Part shown: piece after piece, positions 47,164-58,024 of the stretch
Layout of the letters: the number at the start of each line of letters is the position of its first letter
How positions within the stretch are numbered: position 1 is the stretch's first letter
Origin: Candidatus Heimdallarchaeota archaeon
GTDB taxonomy: Archaea; Asgardarchaeota; Heimdallarchaeia; Hodarchaeales; Hodarchaeaceae
Direction: 5' to 3'
Assembly (NCBI GenBank): GCA_048881705.1
Contig: JBHLSH010000002.1
Coordinates: 18,009-82,008 of the forward strand
DNA length: 64,000 nt
The notes under the pieces: generated by a model
Told to the model about the DNA's origin: nothing
Database searches by the model: none
The model's input: only the letters and a program-made list of their open reading frames with translations
Translations under genes and position numbers: made by a program

Positions 47164-50133
47164 CTAAAACACAGCTTCTATCGCAAGTTTCAGCTTGGCC
47201 TTTCCTATAGGGAATGCTTGATTTTGGTTAAGGTGATTACGCTCAATTGATCTGGCTAAAGTCTCAGTCTTAATATACTCAGTGAAATCCTCTATGCTTT
47301 TGACCAAGAAATGAGCCTGGGCATCGTATTGAACACGAATTTGATCATTCCATTCTAAATTCGCTTTTTTTCGTAATTTTTGGATGAGTCTAACGATCTC
47401 ACGAGCGACTCCTTCTTGTTTAAGCTCTGTAGTTAAGGAGGTATTAAGAAATACATCCAAATTGGATTCAGTTAGCTTTTGATGAACATATCCTGTCCCA
47501 TCAGCTTGGAACTGGGCGGAATCTTGAATCCAGAGGAGCTTTCTGACATTGAACTCATTCCTTAGTGCATCTATGAATTGTTTGGTATTGCCAGAGGATT
47601 TGAATGGAACATCTCCAATGATTACGGCGCTTGATAACGGCTGACGCAGTTTGATCTTGTTTTTTCCCCTTAGCGTCCGATTAAGTTCCACCAGCTGTTG
47701 ATATACCATAAATTCGGTGTGAAGGGAATGGGATTCTGGTTCCTCCTTTGTAGTGGGGAGTTTACATAGATGTACACTTTCCGGCAAATTGAGGAAGGGT
47801 TGGCGAAGGAACTGATACACATATTCGGCTAAAAACGGAACAAAAGGAGCAAGAAGATAATTTAAGTTCAGTATAATATGATATAGGGTCGAATAAGCTG
47901 CATTTTTGTCTTGACTGTCTTTTTCCTTCCAAAATCTTCGCCGACAACTTCTTATATACCATTTGGTAAGGTCTCCAATGAATTCTTCCAAAAGGAGACA
48001 AGGTGTTCGAACATCCCATCGTGAAAGGCTGTCATGGTATTTTATGATTAATCTTCTAAGGCGTACACTGATCCATTGGTCAAAGACATTCTGTGACCGA
48101 TGATTTAACTGGTCCAACTCTTGGATATCCAACGATGCAAAGTTCAGGAAGAACCGAACTGCATTCCAGTACGGGATGAACGTGCGTTTCACTTGGCTCA
48201 AGATATTGAATCCGAACCGGAGAAACAAATCCAACCGTTGTCTAGCATAATTCCATCGGAGGACATCCGCATTACTCTTTTCTAGGGCTTCCTCAAATGT
48301 GATCATCTTGCTTGATTTAGACATCGACGATCCATCCTCATGTCTTACCTCGTCATATGTAACCACATTTTTGAACGGGGCCCGTTTTTCCAAGGTGACC
48401 GCCATGAAGAGCTGCGCATAAAACCATAATCGGACCTGCTCTATCATTTCGCACACAAGATCTGCCGGGAACCAGCGATTCCAAGTCTTTCTATCTGGTT
48501 CTGTTAGATAATCGAGAGTCGAAAACGGGACTATACCCGCGTCCAACCAACAATCCCCCACTTCCAAGACTCGCCTTACTGGTTGCCCACATTCAAGACA
48601 TCTCACCAAAATATCATCGATCCAAGGCCTATGTATTTCATAGAGAGTATCGACTTGAGTCTGATCAATTGCTGATTCAATAAGTTCCGATCTACTACCT
48701 ATAACCGTGATAAATCCGCACTTGCATGGATAAAAGGGGAGAGGGAGACCCCAGAACCGTTTCCGCGAAATACACCAATCTCCCATATTCTCTAGCCAAT
48801 TACGCATTCTTTTTCCTGCGTAGGGAGGAATCCAGTTTACAGTATCTATGGCTGCAAGGAGAGCCGGCTTTATTTCATCGACTCTAATGAACCACTCTGT
48901 TTCTAATTTGAAGAGCAATTCAGTTTTACAACGCCAACATACGGGATATCTATGTTTAACAATATCTTGCTTGTAGAGAAGTCCTTTCTGTTTGATCGTT
49001 TCTAAGATTGGACCCGCTGCTTCACTTGTGGTTAGTCCCGCAAATTGTCGGGTTTCTGCAACAAGTCTTCCATGTTCGTCTATTGGGGCGATAACAGCCA
49101 AATTATGTCTTTTACCAAGATCGAAATCCTCAGCACCGCAACCAGGGGCAATATGAACGATTCCAGTACCCTCATGTGTGGTCACATCCTTCCATGATAC
49201 TAAACGATGCATAACTTGATTCTGGATAGGGAGCTCAGCAAAAGGTGCATGATACCTTAAAGAGAGTAAGTCATCTCCCTGGATTCTGGCCAGAACCTCG
49301 TATTCTTTTCCTAAAACACTAGTCGATGATTCAGAAATATAGATCTCCCGGTTATCCTCCTTTAGTTTCACCAACAAGTACGGGGCTTTAGGATGTACAG
49401 CTAACGCGGTATTCGCTGGAAGTGTCCAAGGAGTTGTTGTCCAAACCAGAAAATATCGATTAGGTTTTCCTTCAACAGGTAGTTGTAGATATACAGAGGG
49501 ATGTTTAACGAGACGATATGAGTCTGCCATTTCATGAGACGATAAACTGGTGGAGCACCGGGGGCACCATGGCATGACAAGGCGTGATTGGTAAAGCCAC
49601 CCTCTTTGGTGGCATGTCTTCAAGAAGTACCAAATGTGTTCTATATTCCGGTCAGAATGCGTGTAATAACTCTGTTCCCAATCCATAAACTGTCCGAGGC
49701 GTTTAGATTGCTCCGTGATTAGCGCAGAGTATTGCTTTACTCGAGACGTACAGTGATGTGCGAATTTATCGATTCCGATTTCCTCTATCTCTCGCTTTGA
49801 GTTGATTCCCAATGCTTTTTCGACTTCTACTTCAACCCATAATCCCTGTGTATCAAATCCATTTTGAAAACGTTGCGAGTAACCGCACATAGTCATATAG
49901 CGCTGATAGATGTCTTTCAAAGCACGCCCCCTAGCGTGATGAACCCCCATTGGATTATTAGCGGTAATGGGGCCATCAATAAAACTGAAGCGTCGAACCT
50001 GGGAATTTGAAAGTTGTGCTTGGAGACGCTTAAAGATTTGGTGCTTTTTCCAGAATTGGAGAACCGACTCCTCGACTATCCGCCAGTCAAACATTGAATC
50101 GACGGGAGTAAAAAGTTCCACTGATCCAGCCAT
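47164..50133 (-). CDS. ileS: Isoleucine--tRNA ligase (type 2) with GVHH signature
   Basis: DGPITANNPMGVHH, GFDTQGLWVE, WTTTPWTLPAN, GTGIVHIAPG, DWCISRKRFWG, SMSKS and IKLRQPL. Confidence 0.93.
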   Translation of the reverse strand: MAGSVELFTPVDSMFDWRIVEESVLQFWKKHQIFKRLQAQLSNSQVRRFSFIDGPITANNPMGVHHARGRALKDIYQRYMTMCGYSQRFQNGFDTQGLWVEVEVEKALGINSKREIEEIGIDKFAHHCTSRVKQYSALITEQSKRLGQFMDWEQSYYTHSDRNIEHIWYFLKTCHQRGWLYQSRLVMPWCPRCSTSLSSHEMADSYRLVKHPSVYLQLPVEGKPNRYFLVWTTTPWTLPANTALAVHPKAPYLLVKLKEDNREIYISESSTSVLGKEYEVLARIQGDDLLSLRYHAPFAELPIQNQVMHRLVSWKDVTTHEGTGIVHIAPGCGAEDFDLGKRHNLAVIAPIDEHGRLVAETRQFAGLTTSEAAGPILETIKQKGLLYKQDIVKHRYPVCWRCKTELLFKLETEWFIRVDEIKPALLAAIDTVNWIPPYAGKRMRNWLENMGDWCISRKRFWGLPLPFYPCKCGFITVIGSRSELIESAIDQTQVDTLYEIHRPWIDDILVRCLECGQPVRRVLEVGDCWLDAGIVPFSTLDYLTEPDRKTWNRWFPADLVCEMIEQVRLWFYAQLFMAVTLEKRAPFKNVVTYDEVRHEDGSSMSKSSKMITFEEALEKSNADVLRWNYARQRLDLFLRFGFNILSQVKRTFIPYWNAVRFFLNFASLDIQELDQLNHRSQNVFDQWISVRLRRLIIKYHDSLSRWDVRTPCLLLEEFIGDLTKWYIRSCRRRFWKEKDSQDKNAAYSTLYHIILNLNYLLAPFVPFLAEYVYQFLRQPFLNLPESVHLCKLPTTKEEPESHSLHTEFMVYQQLVELNRTLRGKNKIKLRQPLSSAVIIGDVPFKSSGNTKQFIDALRNEFNVRKLLWIQDSAQFQADGTGYVHQKLTESNLDVFLNTSLTTELKQEGVAREIVRLIQKLRKKANLEWNDQIRVQYDAQAHFLVKSIEDFTEYIKTETLARSIERNHLNQNQAFPIGKAKLKLAIEAVF

Positions 50134-50144
50134 TAACCATCTCT

Positions 50145-50150
50145 CCTCCT
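50145..50150 (-). promoter_or_regulatory. Shine-Dalgarno-like site of ileS
   Basis: AGGAGG on the minus strand, 11 nt before the ATG. Confidence 0.5.
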
Positions 50151-50848
50151 AGTGCGAAAGCGAACATTGGGTAATGTTTGAACAAGCTCGAAAAGAGCTG
50201 CGGAAATCACGTCTTTATCTCTGTTCGGAAGTCCATGTGACTTCGCTTCAGGTTTTTTACGTAAATCAGGTGATTTGACTATCCATCCTTGATACCTTCA
50301 AATTTTCCTTTAAAGAAGCAAAACGAGAAAAGTAGGCAGCCTTTCTTGCCCAGCATGGACCGCAGAAAAACTGAACTGTGGAGTTTCTTTCGGTGTGGGC
50401 GTTTGTATCGAGAAAACAAGACCTAATTGAGAATTTCATAATCCCACAAGGGTTTTCGCTCCAATTTAGGTCTTCTCAAGAGTGGCTTTAAACTTTTTCT
50501 GAAAAGGAGAGGTAAAGCGGAGACCTTCATATAAGAACTTACGAAATGCATTAATTTCCAGCCCAGAAGCACTGCCTCCAATGGTATTTCTCAAGCTGTG
50601 TCTTAGCGGGCCTAAAATTTCCCATTTTAGCCCAAATTATTCATAAATCCCCTTCATAATGAGGATAATGAAATCTCAAGGACTTTTATCCAATTGCTTA
50701 CCTACATTTCTCGCTCGTGCCAATTTCAGGTAGTAAGAGATGTGTTAATAATGCGATAGTCATCAGGCCCCATATCAGAATTTGATTAGCTCAGATAGTT
50801 CTTTCTTACATCAGGACTGTTTTTCGCAAGAACCACAAGCTTATTCGA

Positions 50849-53800
50849 GTGTTCTCAAAGATGGGGTCACAAAAGCCCGATTCCAGCGACATTAATCCTC
50901 CACAAAAGCTCGAAAGAGTAGGTACCCGGTTTTCCGCGTGGATTCGTGCCATCAAGTTTCCCCTCCTAATTGGGTTGCTCGCTTTTCTTGTAAAGGTTGC
51001 TTTTAGTGGGAGTATCGGGATGTGGGACGAAGGATGGTTTGTAGCAATCGCTAGTCGGATGGCAGATGGTTTATCAGATCCCTTATTACCATTGTACTAC
51101 CCTGCGGAGGGAGGGGACATTAAATTCTTCGATAAACCCCCGGTGACGTTCTGGGGTGGTGCCATATTGATGGTAATTTTCGGGCGAACAACTTTTGCGG
51201 CTAAAGGGATTGTAGCGTTGGGAGGAACCGGGCTCGCGGTAATAATCTACCTTTTGTTTAGCCATCAAAAAACAAACAAAAGTGCGGGGGTGATAGCGGG
51301 ACTCCTAGTGGCGATTTCCCATTTTCTCTCCTTTTACTCGCGAACAGCCTACATTGATCCATTTGTGATATTCATGGGGGCGCTCGTTATGTTGCTAGCC
51401 ATTCGGGCGATAGATGCTGTTTTTGTGGAGAGGAATCTCAAAAAAGGATATATCCTGATAATTCTGACAGGAATTGTCAATGCTTTCAATATTATGACAA
51501 AGGCATGGCAAGGGATTTTGGTGGGCCCAGCGATTGTTGTTTACCTGATCATCCGTTACCTTGAACGTGATATAAACCTGGAGGGATTAAATAGGATGAC
51601 CCAAGAATCGTGGAGTCAAATTAGGGAGAATAACCAGCCCACACAGGCCATATCAGATAAAGACGATACTGGAGAATCGAGACATCCTCAGAAGGTGGAA
51701 TCAGAGAGTTATGAGGATAGTTCACCCGGAAATGTACAAGAAAGGGCAACCAAAAAAGAGTCCCGTCAGGTAAAGGGCGGAAACAAGTGGTTTTATATCA
51801 TTATCGGAGGAATCGCCGCATTTTTTGGGGCGGGATTGATCTCAAGCCTGTTAGTTGCAAGCATATTCCTCTCGTTTATCTCAATGGCAGGTTGCTACCG
51901 ATTTTTTCTCCGATCTGGTTTAGACAAGCAATCACAGGTTAGTAGGAAGGCAGTTATCGCCAACACCATTGGCGGTTTAACAGGAGGTGTGCTTGGAGGT
52001 CTTATCACTCGTATATTTTATGGAAGATTGATTGATCCTATTATTGCCATCGCAGATGCTCTTGGAAGTGACCAAGTCCCTTGGGGACCATTTGAAGGGA
52101 TTCTGTCAATCGTTTCGGACTCCTTGACGTCGCTACATGGATGGGCAGCTTTACTACTGGAAATGGCCGCTTTTCTAATAGCTGCAAGCTTTGCATTTGG
52201 GGCAGCGTTTCTTATATGTGGAGCATGCTTCGATCTTTTGACCAAGAAATCGTATTTTTTGACCATTATTTACAATCTATTAGATCTAATCCCACTCGGA
52301 ATCATTGGGGCCTGGCTGGGAGCGTGGTTACTTCTGTTTCTCTTCCTTGGTCAGGTTTTCAATCGAGAAGCAGTTGCAATAACGGTAAGTGGAGTCGCAA
52401 TCACATTACTCCTGGTTCCATTGTTGTTGAGTTTTCCTAGTTTGAAGGAAAAAACCAAGACACGGCTAAACCTTAAATTTCCTTCTCGCTCGAAAGAAGA
52501 GGTTAATGAGTATATCAGCCATCTTAGGTTTCTTTTGGTAGCGGTTATTATCGTAATCATTAGTTTCTTTCCTTTCGTCGCTTGGGTACAATTTTTGGAC
52601 ATAAATATCGCCAATGGAACTTTTCCATATCCCATACGTGTCCCTGGGGAACTGGCGGGAGATCCACAGCGGCCTGATCCCGTAACTTACACTTTTCTGT
52701 TTTTCACATATTACATCAATTGGCGCTATACTCATGGAACGAAATACAACCTACCTGACAGTATCGGTTCAGCTGTAAACGATTATGCCATAATCGTGAT
52801 ATTACCATTTTTTGTGGTGGGGATTTGGGCATTTTTTTTCTCTGAGAATCGTAATCCCGCTTTGGGGGCTAGCTTGGTGGCTTGGTTACTAACCATTCCA
52901 TTTGTATTTTTCCCTGCTCAATTTCAACTGAATTACTACTATATACCACTAATCATTCCGTACATGGCTATTGGTGCCAAGGGGATTGAGTTCATCTATT
53001 CATCCGATCACTGGCGGATAACAGTGACCGATAACATCGAAAGAATCTTGGCTGGAACCTATTTTTATATTGAAATTGGTTTTAGTTTAGTAGTTATACC
53101 ATTAATAACGTTGATCGAACCTATTTCTCAATTGTTTCTTGGTCAAACGGATATTGATACTGTACTGGCTGCAATAGATGTTGCGGGACCTTCATTGCTG
53201 CTTGCGGCCGTTTTCCTAATACCTTTCACATTCCTAGCATTTCGAGTCCTCAAAACCTTTCCTGGGATTATCGCCACGGGATTTGCCTATCGGTATTTTG
53301 TATTATCCTGGATAAAAGAAGAGAACATTAAGGTTCTCTATGATGTGATTGTTCACGATCTTATCCGTACGCTTTTTAGTTTAGATTTTGAATGGATTCA
53401 AGAGATTATTGAATTCGGTGCGCCCTTGGTTACCCTGTTTGGCTTGTTATTGTTGATTCTAGGTTTGTATTGGTTGAAACCCAGAATAAAACCGGAAGCT
53501 TACGTTTTTCTCGGCCTTGTTCTCTCTGCAATGCTAGTAAACATATCAGTGACGGCACATTACGATCAAATCCTGGATCTCAGGTTTGAGGAAATGGCTG
53601 GTTATATCAAAAGCCATGGAGGGCAATACAACCATTCAACCTGGGTGATTCCCGAGGCGGGCGCCTTTTTTGCGATGCGGTATTATTTGGGTGTAGAAGT
53701 AGTGAATGATGGAAATACTCCCTTTGTGAGGAATACATCAACTGGGATGGAAAATTATTATCTTTCTAATTCAAACATTAAATTCTGGGTAGTTATTAAT

Positions 53801-53992
53801 AATTCAAAACACTGGCATGTTCCTGCCTATGCTGAGGAATATCCAAATGCCTATCGTTGGCTAACCACGAACCCTCATCTCGAAAATGTCGATGTGATTG
53901 TAGGCCTGCCCGCCTGGTATAAGATGCACCTATTTGTAAATCGGACTTGGATAACCGAGCAGGGATATGAGTGGAAAACTTCACAAGGATGA
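50849..53992 (+). CDS. ArnT/PMT-like (GT39/GT83, GT-C fold) glycosyltransferase, unusually large; start may be ATG 50861
   Basis: WDEGWF...FFDKPP, SRTAYIDP and NIMTKAWQG; more than 20 TMs and a C-terminal external domain. Confidence 0.82.
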   Translation: MFSKMGSQKPDSSDINPPQKLERVGTRFSAWIRAIKFPLLIGLLAFLVKVAFSGSIGMWDEGWFVAIASRMADGLSDPLLPLYYPAEGGDIKFFDKPPVTFWGGAILMVIFGRTTFAAKGIVALGGTGLAVIIYLLFSHQKTNKSAGVIAGLLVAISHFLSFYSRTAYIDPFVIFMGALVMLLAIRAIDAVFVERNLKKGYILIILTGIVNAFNIMTKAWQGILVGPAIVVYLIIRYLERDINLEGLNRMTQESWSQIRENNQPTQAISDKDDTGESRHPQKVESESYEDSSPGNVQERATKKESRQVKGGNKWFYIIIGGIAAFFGAGLISSLLVASIFLSFISMAGCYRFFLRSGLDKQSQVSRKAVIANTIGGLTGGVLGGLITRIFYGRLIDPIIAIADALGSDQVPWGPFEGILSIVSDSLTSLHGWAALLLEMAAFLIAASFAFGAAFLICGACFDLLTKKSYFLTIIYNLLDLIPLGIIGAWLGAWLLLFLFLGQVFNREAVAITVSGVAITLLLVPLLLSFPSLKEKTKTRLNLKFPSRSKEEVNEYISHLRFLLVAVIIVIISFFPFVAWVQFLDINIANGTFPYPIRVPGELAGDPQRPDPVTYTFLFFTYYINWRYTHGTKYNLPDSIGSAVNDYAIIVILPFFVVGIWAFFFSENRNPALGASLVAWLLTIPFVFFPAQFQLNYYYIPLIIPYMAIGAKGIEFIYSSDHWRITVTDNIERILAGTYFYIEIGFSLVVIPLITLIEPISQLFLGQTDIDTVLAAIDVAGPSLLLAAVFLIPFTFLAFRVLKTFPGIIATGFAYRYFVLSWIKEENIKVLYDVIVHDLIRTLFSLDFEWIQEIIEFGAPLVTLFGLLLLILGLYWLKPRIKPEAYVFLGLVLSAMLVNISVTAHYDQILDLRFEEMAGYIKSHGGQYNHSTWVIPEAGAFFAMRYYLGVEVVNDGNTPFVRNTSTGMENYYLSNSNIKFWVVINNSKHWHVPAYAEEYPNAYRWLTTNPHLENVDVIVGLPAWYKMHLFVNRTWITEQGYEWKTSQG

Positions 53993-54065
53993 ATTTTTCA
54001 GTTCTTCTACGCAAAAGAAGATTAATTCCGTTCTGGTGTTTGATCTCGATGGCCCAACGGCCTTA

Positions 54066-54509
54066 TTAAAGAATATTCGCAAGAATTTCCGCAGCATCAT
54101 GTACAAATTTCGAGCACTTTGAGAAGGCTTTATTGTCTCGTGCAGTGCGAAGCTTTTCTTCAGTGGAAATATCATAACCAATAAGATCCTTACACAATAG
54201 AGTGCCGTTCCGATGTTTGAATTTATTCATGAATCGCTCCCCTAGCTCATATACGGTTGGTGCATCTCGTTTTGAGGATTCTGTCTTTCCTGATTTGCCA
54301 TATTTCAGGCTAATTGCCATTAATCCGCCAGTTATTGCCCCACACACGTTTCCCGATCGAGAAACGCCTCCTGAAAAGATTTGGGAAAGATTAAGGCAGG
54401 TTTCCTCATCTAAACCCATCCCTTGGGCAAAGGTTGAAAATAGAGCTTGTGCACAATTATCCTTTTCTTCAAATCTTCTTACCGCCGCTTCGATAAAATC
54501 ATCGGCCAT
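54066..54509 (-). CDS. C_GCAxxG_C_C family putative redox protein
   Basis: NCAQA, GG...GNVCGAITGG, CKDLIG and a C-terminal Cys. Confidence 0.88.
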   Translation of the reverse strand: MADDFIEAAVRRFEEKDNCAQALFSTFAQGMGLDEETCLNLSQIFSGGVSRSGNVCGAITGGLMAISLKYGKSGKTESSKRDAPTVYELGERFMNKFKHRNGTLLCKDLIGYDISTEEKLRTARDNKAFSKCSKFVHDAAEILANIL

Positions 54510-54689
54510 AATGAACTACCTCGTCGTGAATTCTTCGATCATTCGATGGTTCATCGGGTATAAGGTTACTGTTTCTATGCGTGCGAGAAGAATAGCCTTG
54601 TATTTAAAATCCTGTAACTTTCTGGGGGGTCTGTCCCAATAAACTATCTTCCGCTATACGGGGGATTTTACAGTGAATTGTGAGCCACA

Positions 54690-55595
54690 TTGGATCTGAC
54701 GAAGCAAGATCTTAAGGATTTGGCCCTAGCAGGAAGGATTTCTCGTCTTACACTTGATGCTGTAGCAAAGTACGTTCGTCCAGGGACATCAATTGGTGCC
54801 CTACACGATACATTGGTTAAACTTATAACGAAAACCCCGGGAGCAAAGCTGGCCTTTCCTCCTAATATTTCGATAAATCAGTGTGCAGCCCACGATACCG
54901 CGGCTCCTAAGGAAAAACGGGTAATTCCAAAGCGTGGTTTAGTAAAAATCGATATCGGTACAAATATGAATGGAATGCTCTCCGATACCGCGCGAACATT
55001 TTCAATGGACGGAAAATACGGGCATCTCATGGCTGCACCGAAAATCGCCCTAAAAAAAGCGATAGAGATAATCAAACCTGGCGTACGAGTGTCAGAGATT
55101 GGGGAGGTTGTTCAAGAAACAATCGAAGGTTTTGGATTCAAACCAATTGCGAATCTTACAGGGCACCAAATGGAAAAAGGACTTCTTCACGCAGGTTTAT
55201 CCATTCCAAGTGTTAAGTCCTTTCCTTTAGCTAAACGCTCAAAATTAAAAGCTGGAACGATCGTAGCTGTGGAGCCTTTTGCCACCACAGGAGAGTCTGG
55301 GCTGGTAGAAGATGCTCAGGGTCCCGCATTAATATACTCCATTGGAAATGGTAACCCAAGGACGCCGATTGGTCGTCGTTTGACCGAGCAGTTTCAAAAA
55401 CTGCCCTTTTCATTACGTTCTGCCTACTTTCTCTTAAGGCAAGAAAGCGTCGAATTAGAAGAAATTACACAAAGTCTCAGTAAGGATAGATTTCATGGAT
55501 ATAAACCGTTGGTGGAAAGGACGGGAGGATTGGTGAGTCAAGCCGAACACACCATCCTAGTTATGCAAGAGGGAGCAAAAGTAATTACTCAATAA
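54690..55595 (+). CDS. map: Methionine aminopeptidase, type II
   Basis: AFPPNISIN..AAH, KIDIG, DTA, NLTGH, AVEPF and SQAEHT. Confidence 0.93.
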   Translation: MDLTKQDLKDLALAGRISRLTLDAVAKYVRPGTSIGALHDTLVKLITKTPGAKLAFPPNISINQCAAHDTAAPKEKRVIPKRGLVKIDIGTNMNGMLSDTARTFSMDGKYGHLMAAPKIALKKAIEIIKPGVRVSEIGEVVQETIEGFGFKPIANLTGHQMEKGLLHAGLSIPSVKSFPLAKRSKLKAGTIVAVEPFATTGESGLVEDAQGPALIYSIGNGNPRTPIGRRLTEQFQKLPFSLRSAYFLLRQESVELEEITQSLSKDRFHGYKPLVERTGGLVSQAEHTILVMQEGAKVITQ

Positions 55596-55738
55596 TTGAA
55601 CTGCCTTCGACCGCGTTAACGATTTCTCATATTCTGTAGCCTGAGAGAAGATTCTTGACTTCCAAGCAAGTATGTTCAAAGCCCTGGAACTTCCTACTAT
55701 TAATTCAAGATCACGTGTTTCTGGAGCAGTAACTAGGA

Positions 55739-56521
55739 TCAACTGATGTTATGTTTTCCTAAAAATTCAAAAACGAATTTATTGAAGTATTCTGGTTGTT
55801 TTGCCGTATCATGATCTCCTTCAAGGTTAATCCTTTGAGCATGAGAAAGATGTTTTTCTAGAACTTCGAACGCAATTGAGGGATTTACTGTGTCCTGATT
55901 TCCTGTAATCATTAGAATAGGAACCTTAATCTCTGAAAGCTGATTTAGATAAACTTTTGATCCCCCTCGATTCCGCTTGATTTGGATTTCGGTGTATGAA
56001 AGCAGTTTCTGGATTCTTTTTACAATCTTCCATAGCCACGACGCGGTTCTCTTTTTTTGATCACCAGAACGTTTTTCCTTACTCAAAAAATTCCAAGCTC
56101 TGGTAGTTTTGCTCATGAAGGGTCTTGGGCTAATCAAAATAATGGCTTTGACGTCTTCAGGATACCTTAATGTATACATTAACGCTAATGTTCCCCCGAT
56201 ACTGTATCCTACGAGAATCTGCCTTGGAAGTCTCAATTCATCCTTGATAAGAGCACGAATATCATGAAGATGGTCTTCGGTTTTGTGTTTCTCCACCCTT
56301 TTCCCTAGGGAGGATTTCGCAAATCCCCTGAGATCTGGTGCAACCAACCGAAACCGGGTATTCAAATCATTATCCCTGAGCTGGGCTCCCCAATGCGACT
56401 CCGAACTTCCTAGATAACCATGAATAAATACCATGGGAGGTTTATTATCACCCTTGATTTGGTAAAATAGCTTGTAACCTTCTCGAAAATAATATGGCAT
56501 TCGTGTTTGGACCCCTAGCAA
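55739..56521 (-). CDS. Alpha/beta hydrolase
   Basis: VFIHGYLG, APDLRGF, GYSIGG nucleophile, D and GDH. Confidence 0.9.
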   Translation of the reverse strand: MLGVQTRMPYYFREGYKLFYQIKGDNKPPMVFIHGYLGSSESHWGAQLRDNDLNTRFRLVAPDLRGFAKSSLGKRVEKHKTEDHLHDIRALIKDELRLPRQILVGYSIGGTLALMYTLRYPEDVKAIILISPRPFMSKTTRAWNFLSKEKRSGDQKKRTASWLWKIVKRIQKLLSYTEIQIKRNRGGSKVYLNQLSEIKVPILMITGNQDTVNPSIAFEVLEKHLSHAQRINLEGDHDTAKQPEYFNKFVFEFLGKHNIS

Positions 56522-56669
56522 TTCTGGTTTCTGCTTGTCAAAAATAATTTTCGGAATGGAACTTTCAATTATAATTAAGCCAAAAGGAGTGAGATTTTTA
56601 TAGCCTTATATCAACATAATAGACCTCATAATCAGGTTTAGGATTCAAGCGGGGAAATCTTATAGATTC

Positions 56670-57938
56670 ATGGTTTTGTTCTTTTATAAGATAATCAATC
56701 CTTATTTAGTGGATAAGGGATTTTTTTTGAGCCAATTGAGCTTTACAAATAGAGATATTGGATTTTTCAGTGTTTTTGCTGTTTTAATAGTAGTATTTGC
56801 TCTATTTAAGGATACTTTTCGTACCAATCCTTTAATTCTAATCTTTTTTATGGTCATTGGTTTAGTTTACGCAATTTTAGCGAGCGAAAAAGCAGTAGGC
56901 GGAATGGATGCTGTTGGTAAGAGGGCCAAACTTACGCCCTATGTTTCGGGAATGCTATCTAGTTTGGCCAGTAATACCCCTGAACTTGTAATCGGGTTTT
57001 TTGCAATTCTCTCAGGCCAGGTTGAGTTCGCAATTGCGTTTATCATCATTGCAACAGGGTTTAACATCCTTATGTTGGGAATTCTTATTATCATTGGGAA
57101 TTTTCGTCGAGGGACGAGCATTTCCATCCCTCCCGAGGTAGTGGAAGTTGAAATTCCAATTGTTCGGGTGGCAATTGTCTTTGTGGGAGCTATCTGGACA
57201 CTAGGTATTGTCCTCTTTGCTTTGGAGGCAATCGAAATTGCGAGCGAAGCTGAAGCTGTCATACCGTTCCTTCCCTATGAAGCAAGCGCTTTAATGGTGA
57301 TTGTTTATCTCTTTTATCTTTTTTTTATCCTGCGTCATAATCTCCAGCACCGTGTTCAATCATCCTCCAATGTCTCCTCCGCTTCTAATCAAACTGAGAC
57401 CAAAAGAGGCTTTCTTCTGTTCATTCTTGTTCTTGCGTTTGCGGCCATCTTTTTTGCGGGAGAAATGATTTCCTCTTCTGTTGAGCTTTTCTTAGAAAGT
57501 AGCCAACAGACAGGGATTTCAATAAACGAATTTCAATTGGCATTTGTTATCGGAGCCGCCGCATCCATTCCAGAACACGCAATTGCCCTGCTTGCCGTCA
57601 GACACGAAGGGGGGATAGAGCTCGGTCTGGGCAATCTCATCGCAGGATCTATGCAGAATCTACTCTTAATGACAGGTCTTGTCGCCTTGTTTTCTTTTCT
57701 GGGGGCGATTCTAGGCATTCCTGGCAATGACCTGCGTGGGATACCTTTGATACATTATGTTGAAGGCGAAGTCCCTATTCCGTTTCTCCTCGTTCAGTAT
57801 GGTTTCGCATGGCTGCTCCTATTTCTGATCAAATCTTCTATGACGGACGATCAGAAGCTGGATTTCTACGAGGGGTTCACAATTACCATAGCTCAACTAT
57901 TTGTTTTTATTATATTCTTACGTGGGATCCTTGTTTAG
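56670..57938 (+). CDS. Ca2+/cation antiporter (CaCA family); true start may lie downstream
   Basis: Alpha repeats SLASNTPEL and GAAASIPEH...GNLIAGS. Confidence 0.88.
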   Translation: MVLFFYKIINPYLVDKGFFLSQLSFTNRDIGFFSVFAVLIVVFALFKDTFRTNPLILIFFMVIGLVYAILASEKAVGGMDAVGKRAKLTPYVSGMLSSLASNTPELVIGFFAILSGQVEFAIAFIIIATGFNILMLGILIIIGNFRRGTSISIPPEVVEVEIPIVRVAIVFVGAIWTLGIVLFALEAIEIASEAEAVIPFLPYEASALMVIVYLFYLFFILRHNLQHRVQSSSNVSSASNQTETKRGFLLFILVLAFAAIFFAGEMISSSVELFLESSQQTGISINEFQLAFVIGAAASIPEHAIALLAVRHEGGIELGLGNLIAGSMQNLLLMTGLVALFSFLGAILGIPGNDLRGIPLIHYVEGEVPIPFLLVQYGFAWLLLFLIKSSMTDDQKLDFYEGFTITIAQLFVFIIFLRGILV

Positions 57939-58024
57939 TAGAAGTCTCCCCATGCTGTATTAATGGATAAACAGGTGAGACGACAATAAGATCGCTCGAT
58001 AAGTCCCCAGAGACCATTTCACGA

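Noticed and set aside
50227-50390. RNase P-like fragments (GGAAGTCC on +, GAAAGAAACTCCAC on -) or SRP RNA in the ileS intergenic region
   Set aside because: The other conserved regions (CR II-V, or the SRP helix 8 motif) are not present in the right order or spacing.
50134-50848. T-box riboswitch upstream of ileS
   Set aside because: No GGTGGNACC T-box sequence on the ileS strand, and T-boxes are not established in archaea.
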